Origin: Clostridia bacterium
GTDB lineage: Bacteria > Bacillota > Clostridia > Oscillospirales > CAG-272
DNA length: 64,000 nt
Assembly (NCBI GenBank): GCA_017412045.1
Contig: JAFQOX010000017.1
Span: 6,183-70,182, forward strand
Direction of reading: 5' to 3'
Part shown: positions 7,594 through 15,581 of the stretch, piece by piece
Numbering within the stretch: the stretch's first letter is position 1
Layout: every line of letters starts with the position of its first letter
Program-made: the position numbers and the translations under genes
Notes under the pieces: generated by a model
Databases searched by the model: none
What the model was told of the DNA's origin: nothing
The model's input: the letters and a program-made list of their open reading frames with translations, nothing else

Positions 7594-9350
7594 CGGTTTT
7601 AAAATTTGCTTTTCGGAATTTGATTCGCCTGCCTTGGCGAACTCTTTTATATTTTGCCATCGTATTTTTCATCGTCCTATCCGTCTCGGCTTCTCTTTTC
7701 GTATACGTTGCGTGTGAAAACGCGGGAGAGGCGCTGGATGAAAATTATGTGTTCGTTGCTTCGCTCGTTCCGAGGAAAAAGGATTCCCTCGCCCTTCGGG
7801 ATATCGGATACTGCGCAGACGGAACGGAAATTCTTTCTTTTCACGTGTCCATGTCGGAAAATAACGGCGTGATTCTCGGCGGCGCGTATATGCAAAGGCT
7901 TCCCGAAAAAACGGAGATCGCAAACGCGCCTTCGGCATGGGTGGACGAAATCGGCGCAAGGCTCGTTGCCGTGGAAAATCTGCATCTCGTCCCCTCCTTC
8001 TTTTCGGGAGAATGTACGTTGCAAAGCGGCACGGGTATTACCGAAAAAGGCTATGCGGGCGAACGTGCCGAGCTTGTGATCCCGTGGCGGCTTGCAGAGA
8101 AATACGGTGTTTCCGTCGGTGATACGCTCATCAGACGGTATTACCGCGACGACTACGAAACGTATATTTATTTGGAAAGCGAGATCGTCGGTATTTATAA
8201 AACGAGCGCGATTTCGCCCGATGAAAACGATGATCCCGTATATATTCCTCTTGCCGTTGCGGAATTGGATTATGCCACGCTCATTTCGGAGCGGCAAACG
8301 CCAACCTCCGAGCTGATCATCGAACGCGCGGATTTCGTTTTGAAGGATAGAAACGCATTTGAACCGCTCGTTTTGCAGGCTGGGGCAAACGGACTGGATT
8401 TCCGTAGAGCCGATCTCGTATTCAATAACGGCGCTTACGATACGCTTTCGGGCGAGCTTCGGAGCATTACGTCGATTGCTATGCTCGTTCTGTTCGGTGT
8501 TTTGGCTGTCGGTGTAAGCGTTCTCGTCTTTTTTACGCTCTATCTCTGCCATGCAAGAGACCGCGAAAAAACGTTGCTTTCTGCACTCGGGATGAGCCGC
8601 GGAGGCATCCGCGCCATGCTCACCCTTGAATTGCTCACAGTTGCTGTTTGTGCTTTTCTGATCGGAGGTGTGGCAGGTTATTTTACGGCAGATGCCGTTT
8701 GCGGCTACGTGAACGATTCGGTATTGACCGATGAAGAAATTTCAAGCAAAATCGAAGGCACGGGGCGCGGAAGTCAAACGGATATCACGGCACCCCTTGA
8801 GCAAAACATCAAAATAGAGATTTCCGTGCGCTCCGTTCACGTTTGTGCATCCGGACTCACGGTCAACGAAACGAAAATGCCGAGAGAGGACGAAATCGGT
8901 GTCAGCAGGCATTTGTATTATCGCATCGGCAACGATCTGACGGATATGATGCAGGGAAAGGCTCGCGTGCCGACCTCGGTCGTGGGCATTACGGATATGA
9001 GCGCCGTCAAAACGACCGTTTGGGACGAGTCCTTTTCCGGTATCCGTGTTTTTGTCAGCGAGGATTTTAATATGGGAGCAATGGAGAGTAACCGTATTTT
9101 TCTGACACCTTACGATCAAAACGGGTACGTATCGCTCAAAAAGGATTCTTCTTCGCTCGGCGATGCAAGCTTGCCGAAAAATACGTCTGTGCGAATCGTG
9201 GGAGTCTATGAAGAAAACGAATATTGCTCGGGAAACGATCTGCTCGTCTGCATGGAGGATTATCACAGGCTTTATTCCGAATTTTCCATCACGGACGAAA
9301 GCTTTTTCTTTGAGCGCATCGGCACGGTTTATACAAAAAATGAGCCGTAA
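7590..9350 (+). CDS. FtsX-family permease-like protein, atypical: TM1, ectodomain, TM2, TM3, then ~215 aa hydrophilic C-terminal domain and no TM4, copy 1
   Basis: MTVLKFAFRNLIRLPWRTLLYFAIVFFIVLSV..., FtsX core ITSIAMLVLFGVLAVGVSVLVFFTLYLCHARDREKTLLSALGMSRGGIRAMLTLELLTVAVCAFLIGGVAGYF. No further hydrophobic span is present up to the C-terminus (...VGVYEENEYCSGNDLLVCMEDYHRLYSEF...). ATGA overlap with the upstream gene. Confidence 0.75.
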   Translation: MTVLKFAFRNLIRLPWRTLLYFAIVFFIVLSVSASLFVYVACENAGEALDENYVFVASLVPRKKDSLALRDIGYCADGTEILSFHVSMSENNGVILGGAYMQRLPEKTEIANAPSAWVDEIGARLVAVENLHLVPSFFSGECTLQSGTGITEKGYAGERAELVIPWRLAEKYGVSVGDTLIRRYYRDDYETYIYLESEIVGIYKTSAISPDENDDPVYIPLAVAELDYATLISERQTPTSELIIERADFVLKDRNAFEPLVLQAGANGLDFRRADLVFNNGAYDTLSGELRSITSIAMLVLFGVLAVGVSVLVFFTLYLCHARDREKTLLSALGMSRGGIRAMLTLELLTVAVCAFLIGGVAGYFTADAVCGYVNDSVLTDEEISSKIEGTGRGSQTDITAPLEQNIKIEISVRSVHVCASGLTVNETKMPREDEIGVSRHLYYRIGNDLTDMMQGKARVPTSVVGITDMSAVKTTVWDESFSGIRVFVSEDFNMGAMESNRIFLTPYDQNGYVSLKKDSSSLGDASLPKNTSVRIVGVYEENEYCSGNDLLVCMEDYHRLYSEFSITDESFFFERIGTVYTKNEP

Positions 9351-9382
9351 GACGAAAGCTTCGACAAAGTTTCAAAAATCTC

Positions 9383-9411
9383 TTGACAAGAGCGCCCTCG
9401 GCACTTATAAT
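9383..9411 (+). promoter_or_regulatory. Consensus sigma-A type promoter (TTGACA-17 nt-TATAAT) between the two cassette copies
   Basis: tctTTGACAagagcgccctcggcactTATAATataac, read directly from the only sizeable intergenic gap of the locus (9351-9458). Confidence 0.6.
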
Positions 9412-9458
9412 ATAACTGTACTATTGATGATAATACAGTTGGGCGAAAAGGAGATTTT

Positions 9459-9977
9459 ATGAAAAGATATATTCTGCTTTGCTTGCTTGCGTTTTGCGTT
9501 TTGCTGTTTTCCTCTTGTCACGCGGTTTCCGAAACGCATTTGGATCCATCCCATTACGGTGAGGATTTCAGAATCAAAAACGAAATGCTTTTTCCGAACA
9601 CGGAATGTGAGCATTCCTTGGTTTATACGCCGACGGACGGTACGGAGGCGGATATGTATCACAAGACCTCCTGCAAATGGGGCGGATGTGATTACGAGGC
9701 GCACGGAGAACCGCACGTATTTCTGTTTAAGCAGGGGTATTTGCCGAGCGCGAGAGCGCATTATAAGGAAAACGGATATCTGTATCATTCCTTCCGGATG
9801 GCTTGCGAGGAATGTCACGGAGCGGTCACGCTCCACGTTCTTTGCCGTACGCAGAATGCCGAATGCGGCGCGGGCGAAGGGGCGATCCACGCGCCTGCCG
9901 TATGCTTTGCAGGCTGTGATTGGCAAGAAATCTTTCGGGGAACGCCGTATCGGATCACGGTGCGCTCCGATGCGTGA
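9459..9977 (+). CDS. Cys/His-rich small lipoprotein, copy 2
   Basis: MKRYILLCLLAFCVLLFSSC is a signal peptide plus lipobox. Paralog of 5654..6151. AAGGAG RBS is present. Confidence 0.7.
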   Translation: MKRYILLCLLAFCVLLFSSCHAVSETHLDPSHYGEDFRIKNEMLFPNTECEHSLVYTPTDGTEADMYHKTSCKWGGCDYEAHGEPHVFLFKQGYLPSARAHYKENGYLYHSFRMACEECHGAVTLHVLCRTQNAECGAGEGAIHAPAVCFAGCDWQEIFRGTPYRITVRSDA

Positions 9978-9994
9978 CGGAAGGCGGTGGCGCT

Positions 9995-11467
9995 TTGTAT
10001 TACGCGATTCGAAATATAGGCAGACAGAAGGCAAAAAGCCTTCTTGTTCTTCTGATGGCGTTTGCCGTCCTGTTTCTTTCTCAATTCGGATTTTTTATGC
10101 GCTGTATATCCGAACACGTGAGAGAACGCTTTTGGGGACCGCTTGACGGCTCCGTTCACGTGACGGATGACGATCTTGAGGCGTATCTTACCTACGATGC
10201 CGCCGTTACGCTTGCGAACGATGCGGAGGTGATCACCCGTCTCTCTGCCGTGAAAACCTATACGGGCTTTTTCCGTAACGCCGTTTACGTGGGCTACGGT
10301 AGCTATCAGCGTCCGCAATATGCGGGAGAAACACCGACCGCGGACAGAAAAAGCAATTATCTTACGGGTGTTTGCGTGAAAGCCGTGACCTCCATGGAGA
10401 TTCTTGAGGAGACGTACGGCGGTGTTCTGGCGGTGGTGCAAGGCTCGGCGATCACCGACGAAGACACGGATCTGCGGAAAAACAAGATCGTTGTCTCGGA
10501 AAAATTCGCTGAAGCCAACAACCTGCGGATTGGAGATTCTCTCGTATTGGATACCTTGTCCCTTTATCAGACAGAGGCGGAAGCGGTACGCTTCGGTATG
10601 ACGGATCTGTATGACAAAAATAAATTTACGTATGCATATACCGTGGGCGGTATCTACCGTTTGCATACGGACAATGCGGCGGCAGCTTCTGTTCCGTGGG
10701 AATTGTATGACAATATCGTTTACGTGCCAATGACGACGGCGGAGAATATCTCCGTTTCCGAAGGCGTACGGACGATGTTTGAGAGCGAGGATGTTTTCGC
10801 CTTGAGGACCAATCCCGTTTTGGTTCCCGATGCGCTGTATTTTCATCTTTCGGATATCGGCTGTGCGCAAGCGCTTGCCGAAGAAATGAACGGAATCGGT
10901 TTTTCCGAGCGAATCAGGCTGACGCCGTACGTTTCCGATCTTTCGTCCTCTCCTTCTGCGCGGCTTTCGGAGGTCGTATCGGGGACGCTTGTCGGTGTGA
11001 TCGCGGCGGGTTTTGCCGTATTGCTGTTGACCGCGCTTTTGAATATGAGGGCAAGACGGCGCGAATTTGCCGCCCTGATCGCCATGGGTAAAAAAAGAGA
11101 GTCCGTTGCTTTGTCCTACGCTCTTGAGCTTGGGCTTCTGATCGTCTCGGCGTTTCTTTTGTCCGCCGTAGCGATGACGGTCATCGCCTATCTGTGCGCG
11201 GCACCACTCTCCCGGTATTTGTACGCCGCAGAGGAAGCGGCTTTGTTTCACACCGAAAGCGCGGATCACTATCTTTTTGGCGATTGGAGCGATCCGCTTG
11301 CCGTGCAGGTGCAAGCGTCCATTCCCGCGCTTTTCCGTGAATATATGATGCCGAACATCGTATTTACGGGAGCGGTGACGGCAGTTTTGATGCTGTTGCT
11401 TTGCGGTATGATTTCAGTCTATGTAAAAAACGTACACCCAATGTACGATGCGGGGGGGAAGGAGTAA
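9995..11467 (+). CDS. ABC transporter permease, MacB/FtsX type, 4 TM, copy 2
   Basis: Paralog of 6118..7593 (WGPLDGSVHVTDDD / FGPLDGAYHVTDSA; SPSARLSEVVS / SPSARLSEIVS; NMRARRREFAALIAMG). A TTG start at ~9995 (LYYAIRNIGRQKAK) preceded by GGAAGG aligns with the copy 1 N-terminus. The track ORF begins at 9920 inside the upstream gene. Confidence 0.8.
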   Translation: MYYAIRNIGRQKAKSLLVLLMAFAVLFLSQFGFFMRCISEHVRERFWGPLDGSVHVTDDDLEAYLTYDAAVTLANDAEVITRLSAVKTYTGFFRNAVYVGYGSYQRPQYAGETPTADRKSNYLTGVCVKAVTSMEILEETYGGVLAVVQGSAITDEDTDLRKNKIVVSEKFAEANNLRIGDSLVLDTLSLYQTEAEAVRFGMTDLYDKNKFTYAYTVGGIYRLHTDNAAAASVPWELYDNIVYVPMTTAENISVSEGVRTMFESEDVFALRTNPVLVPDALYFHLSDIGCAQALAEEMNGIGFSERIRLTPYVSDLSSSPSARLSEVVSGTLVGVIAAGFAVLLLTALLNMRARRREFAALIAMGKKRESVALSYALELGLLIVSAFLLSAVAMTVIAYLCAAPLSRYLYAAEEAALFHTESADHYLFGDWSDPLAVQVQASIPALFREYMMPNIVFTGAVTAVLMLLLCGMISVYVKNVHPMYDAGGKE

Positions 11468-11468
11468 T

Positions 11469-13256
11469 ATGACGGTCATCAGAATGGCTTTTCGGAATCT
11501 CGTCCGTTTTCCGAAAAGAACGGTTTTATACGGACTTACGGTTTTTCTTCTCGTCTTTTCCATCACCGTCTCTCTTTTCGTATACCGTGCGTGCGGTCTG
11601 GCGGAAAGCACGCTGGAGGAGCATTATGTTTTCGTCGCTTCTCTGGTCAAAAGAACACAAGGACGCAATATTCCGCTTTCTGAGATCTTCAAATGCACGC
11701 CTTATAAAAAATTGTTGGCATTCAACGTCACCGTTTCGGAGGGAGAGGGCGTATTTCCCGCAGGCTCTGCGCTGACGGAGCTTCCTTCTGCCGATAGGGA
11801 CGAAAATCCGACGGACGTTTGGCTTGAAGGACCGGGCTGTCCCATATACGGCGTAGAAAATCTGGGGCTCGTTTATCCGTTTTTCTCGGGAGAATGTCAT
11901 ATCACGCAGGGAACGGCGCTGACGGAAAAGGGATACTGCGGCGAAGCCGACGAGACGGTGATCCCCTGGTGGATGGCGGAGCGCTACGGACTCAAGGTCG
12001 GCGATACCGTGAACCGCCGTTATCTCCGACAGACGGGAGAATTTGCCTATATTTATATCCCGACGGAGATCGTGGGTATTTATGCGACGTCCTCTCCCTC
12101 GCCGAATATTGAAAATTATCCTGCGTATATTCCGCTTGCCCTGGCGGAGACGGACTACGGCAAAATCTTGCCGAGCGCAACGGATGCCGGGGATATCCGC
12201 GTGGAAAGAGCCGATTTCGTGCTGAAAAACAGGGAGGATTTTGCGGATTTCGTCGCGTTCGCGCAAGCGCAGGGCTTGGATTTCACGTCTGCCAATCTTG
12301 TTTTCAATAACAGCACCTATGACGTGCTGTGCGCCGAGCTTCAAAATATCGGTCATATTGCGCTCCTCGTATTTGCCGCCGCTACTCTCGCAGGTGTCGG
12401 CACGCTGATTTTTCTGACGGTCTATCTTTGCAGAGCGAGAGAAAAAGAAACGGCGATTCTTCGCGCTCTGGGAATGAAAAAAACGAAGATCTACGCTTTG
12501 CGTGCGTTGGAATTTGCTTTGCTCATCGCCGTTTTTTCTTCGGTAGGATTTTTGGGAGGTCGTTTTGCGGCAGGGGCGGTTTGCGATTTCGTCAACGGTA
12601 CGGTTCTGGCGCGTGCCTCCGCATCCGAGGAAATACAAGATCTGAATGCATCGGAAAGTTTTGTCATTACCATGCCGCTCGAAAAAGATTTCAACATGAA
12701 AATATCCCTTTCTCCGTCTCAAATTGCCGATGCCGCCGTTGCGGTGCATTCGTTGCCGAAGCTTTCCGTAAACGAGCTTGGGATCTCGCGCCATCCATTT
12801 TACTTGTTTATGACGGACTCGGAGAATCTGACCGCTACGCCCGAAGCGATGAAGGCGTTTGAAACGAGGGAAAAGCTCCGGATGGATATCGTCGGCGTAA
12901 CGGATCTTTCCGTTTTTGAACTGACGGAAACGAAGGAATTTCCCGAAAATTTCGTCAGGATCTACGTGAATGAAACTTCTCCGTATGCCAATGAAGAGAG
13001 CCTGTTTTTGTCGGCGGACGATTTCGGAGATTACGTTTCGGTTCTTCTGTATGAAGCGGGGATCTCGCCGGACGGAGGCAGATTGGGACAAGTGAAAAGA
13101 TATTATATTGCCGGTACTTATCAGGAAAATGAATATTGCTCGGGCGATGACATCCTTGTTTCCATGGAGGACTATCATAAAATATATTCCGATATATCCG
13201 TCACGGATCACATCAATCATTTTCAGCGCATCGGCGCAGTTTGGGAAAAGGAGTGA
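11469..13256 (+). CDS. FtsX-family permease-like protein, atypical (3 TM plus C-terminal ectodomain), copy 2
   Basis: MTVIRMAFRNLVRFPKRTVLYGLTVFLLVF... Paralog of 7590..9350 with the same architecture and the conserved C-terminal block GTYQENEYCSGDDILVSMEDYHKIYS. The start follows the upstream stop by 1 nt. Confidence 0.75.
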   Translation: MTVIRMAFRNLVRFPKRTVLYGLTVFLLVFSITVSLFVYRACGLAESTLEEHYVFVASLVKRTQGRNIPLSEIFKCTPYKKLLAFNVTVSEGEGVFPAGSALTELPSADRDENPTDVWLEGPGCPIYGVENLGLVYPFFSGECHITQGTALTEKGYCGEADETVIPWWMAERYGLKVGDTVNRRYLRQTGEFAYIYIPTEIVGIYATSSPSPNIENYPAYIPLALAETDYGKILPSATDAGDIRVERADFVLKNREDFADFVAFAQAQGLDFTSANLVFNNSTYDVLCAELQNIGHIALLVFAAATLAGVGTLIFLTVYLCRAREKETAILRALGMKKTKIYALRALEFALLIAVFSSVGFLGGRFAAGAVCDFVNGTVLARASASEEIQDLNASESFVITMPLEKDFNMKISLSPSQIADAAVAVHSLPKLSVNELGISRHPFYLFMTDSENLTATPEAMKAFETREKLRMDIVGVTDLSVFELTETKEFPENFVRIYVNETSPYANEESLFLSADDFGDYVSVLLYEAGISPDGGRLGQVKRYYIAGTYQENEYCSGDDILVSMEDYHKIYSDISVTDHINHFQRIGAVWEKE

Positions 13257-13260
13257 AGAT

Positions 13261-13944
13261 ATGGAAACTTTGCATTTGAAAAACGTATCCTACGATTATA
13301 CGACCAAAGCGGGAAAGGTCCACGCTTTGAGGGATGCGACCGCCGTCTTTGAAGCGGGCGCGGTTTACGCGATCGTCGGACGCTCGGGAAGCGGAAAGTC
13401 CACCTTGATGTCCCTCATGGCAGGGCTGGACATCCCCAAAGACGGTGATATTTTTTATCACGGCGAAAATTTGAGAAATATGGATCGCGATAAGTTCCGC
13501 CGCGAGCATATCGGCATGATCTTCCAGAGCTATTACTTGCTCCCCCAGCTGACCGCCGTGGAAAACGTGGAGCTTTCGCTCGAGCTTGCAAAATACAAGG
13601 GAAACAAGCGTGCCCGCGCCGAGGAAATGCTCTCGCTCGTCGGCATCAAAAGGGAGCAATTCAAAAAGCGCAGTACGCAGTTTTCGGGCGGCGAACAGCA
13701 AAGGATCGCCATCGCCCGCGCCATTGCGGCAGATCCCGAGATCATTCTCGCGGATGAACCGACGGGAAACTTGGATAACGATAACAGCATGAACATCGTC
13801 GGGATTCTCGTCGATCTGGCGCATAAATACGATAAATGCGTGATTGTCATTACCCACGCCGCCGAGATTGCGGAAAGAGCAGACGTCGCGCTGAAGATGG
13901 ACGACGGCGTGCTGAAATGTGATTTCGGGAAAGAAATGGTGTAA
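13261..13944 (+). CDS. ABC transporter ATP-binding protein, MacB/LolD-like (227 aa)
   Basis: Walker A GRSGSGKST, Q-loop, signature FSGGEQQRIAIARA, Walker B ILADEPTGNLD, H-loop VIVITHA. It is the only ATPase in the locus. Confidence 0.9.
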   Translation: METLHLKNVSYDYTTKAGKVHALRDATAVFEAGAVYAIVGRSGSGKSTLMSLMAGLDIPKDGDIFYHGENLRNMDRDKFRREHIGMIFQSYYLLPQLTAVENVELSLELAKYKGNKRARAEEMLSLVGIKREQFKKRSTQFSGGEQQRIAIARAIAADPEIILADEPTGNLDNDNSMNIVGILVDLAHKYDKCVIVITHAAEIAERADVALKMDDGVLKCDFGKEMV

Positions 13945-14023
13945 ATGATTGCAAGTCTATTGATTCTCTTTTATGTTTCCGATATAATAAAATTGTATTC
14001 GTAAGACCCACTGTAGGGCACAA

Positions 14024-14054
14024 GTCGGGAAGATTTTCCCGGCTTTTCTTTTTT
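14024..14054 (+). terminator. Rho-independent terminator closing the ABC locus
   Basis: GTCGGGA-agattt-TCCCGGC hairpin followed by TTTTCTTTTTT. Confidence 0.6.
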
Positions 14055-14108
14055 CCCCATTTCTTCCTCGTCAGAACGAAAGGAAAACGGAAGCGCTTTC
14101 AAGGTCGG

Positions 14109-14150
14109 AGAAAGAAAAAGACCTTGTCTGCCAAAATGGTAAACAAGGTC
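14109..14150 (-). terminator. Rho-independent terminator downstream of the guaA-like gene
   Basis: GACCTTGT...ACAAGGTC hairpin. A T-rich run follows on the minus strand. Confidence 0.5.
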
Positions 14151-14234
14151 TGAAACTATGCGGTTTTATTTTGAACGAAACGATAAACGTTTTTGTTCAA
14201 ATGAGAGTAAAATTGTTTTGCTGTAACAGGTTTA

Positions 14235-15242
14235 TTATTCCCACTCAATCGTGCCGGTAGGCTTGGGAGTGAGATCGTAGAGAACGCGGTTGATGCCTGC
14301 GACCTCGGTGACGATTCTGTTGGTGATTTTGTGAAGAACGGCGTAGGGAATTTCTTCGATGGTTGCGGTCATTGCGTCTTTGGTATTGACGGCGCGGATG
14401 ATGGCGGGCCAGCCTTCGTAGCGGCTTTCATCCTTTACGCCGACGCTCTTGATGTCGGGAATGGCGATGAAATACTGCCATACGGTTTTAGCAAGACCGG
14501 AATTGTCGAATTCTTCGCGGAGGATCGCGTCTGCTTCGCGGAGTGCGTGGAGTCTGTCGCGAGTGATGGCGCCGAGGCAACGAACACCGAGACCGGGGCC
14601 GGGGAAGGGTTGACGGTCAACCATGGAAGAGGGGAGTCCGAGGGTTCTGCCGACAACACGGACTTCGTCTTTGAAAAGGAACTTCAAGGGCTCAACGAGC
14701 TGGAATTTTTCAGCGAGGTCGTCGGGAAGACCGCCGACGTTATGATGGGATTTGACTGCTTTTTTGCCTTCGCCCTGCTTGACGCTTTCCAGAATGTCGG
14801 GATAGATGGTACCCTGCGCGAGGAAGGACACGCCGTCGAGCTTGCGCGCTTCGTCAGCGAATACGTTGATGAATTCTTCGCCGATGATTTTACGCTTGCG
14901 TTCGGGATCCGCAACGTTTGCGAGAAGGTTCAGAAAACGGTCTGTAGCATCGATATAGATGAGATTGGCATCGAGCTGATTGCGGAAAAGTTCGATCACC
15001 GCTTCGCTCTCGTTTTTGCGCATAAGTCCGTGGTTGACGTGTACGCAAATGAGCTGTTTGCCGATTGCCTTCAGAAGAAGTGCGGCAACTACGGAAGAGT
15101 CAACACCGCCAGAGAGTGCGAGCAGGACCTTTTTGTCGCCGACCTGGGCGCGGACCTCTGCGATCTTTTCTGCGATGAAAGCCTCTGCGAGTTCAGGGGT
15201 GGAAATACGAGTCATGGAATCCGGTCTGAGATTGGTATTCAT
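14235..15242 (-). CDS. guaA: GMP synthase ATP-pyrophosphatase (synthetase) domain protein, with no glutamine amidotransferase domain
   Basis: KKVLLALSGGVDSSVVAALL (PP-loop), HHNVGGLP, PFPGPGLGVRCLG and the canonical C-terminus KPTGTIEWE. It is 335 aa, starting where the synthetase domain of fused GuaA begins. Confidence 0.85.
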   Translation of the reverse strand: MNTNLRPDSMTRISTPELAEAFIAEKIAEVRAQVGDKKVLLALSGGVDSSVVAALLLKAIGKQLICVHVNHGLMRKNESEAVIELFRNQLDANLIYIDATDRFLNLLANVADPERKRKIIGEEFINVFADEARKLDGVSFLAQGTIYPDILESVKQGEGKKAVKSHHNVGGLPDDLAEKFQLVEPLKFLFKDEVRVVGRTLGLPSSMVDRQPFPGPGLGVRCLGAITRDRLHALREADAILREEFDNSGLAKTVWQYFIAIPDIKSVGVKDESRYEGWPAIIRAVNTKDAMTATIEEIPYAVLHKITNRIVTEVAGINRVLYDLTPKPTGTIEWE

Positions 15243-15581
15243 ATAGCATTCCTCCTAAAAATAAAAATCAATCATCTTTTTCGTTTTGCGGATTTTTGAG
15301 AAAATCAAACGTGATTCTTCGAAATTGTTGAGTCCAAAAGCGATTTAATGAAAATATTATACAGCGAAAATGTGTGATTTGTCAATAGGATTTTCAAAAA
15401 AACAGAAAAAAATCTCTAAAAATAAACATGAAATATTCATCAAAAAACAATGAATCCTTTTCACGCGTTTTGTTGACAAGTAAAAAGGAAAATGCTATAA
15501 TAATAAAGTATCGAATTGTAATATCATCGGTAAAATATAATATGATCGAAACGGATATAGGACAGAAAGGAACAATGGATT

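Noticed and set aside
9920-9994. The track start (TTG 9920) of the second 4-TM permease lies inside the preceding lipoprotein gene.
   Set aside because: Alignment with the paralog N-terminus (MRYALRNI versus LYYAIRNI) and a GGAAGG RBS favour the TTG at ~9995. The choice remains uncertain.
15243-15581. A possible purine riboswitch or other leader upstream of the guaA-like gene.
   Set aside because: I could not find the conserved purine-riboswitch core or a convincing three-way junction in either strand. The region is simply AT-rich.
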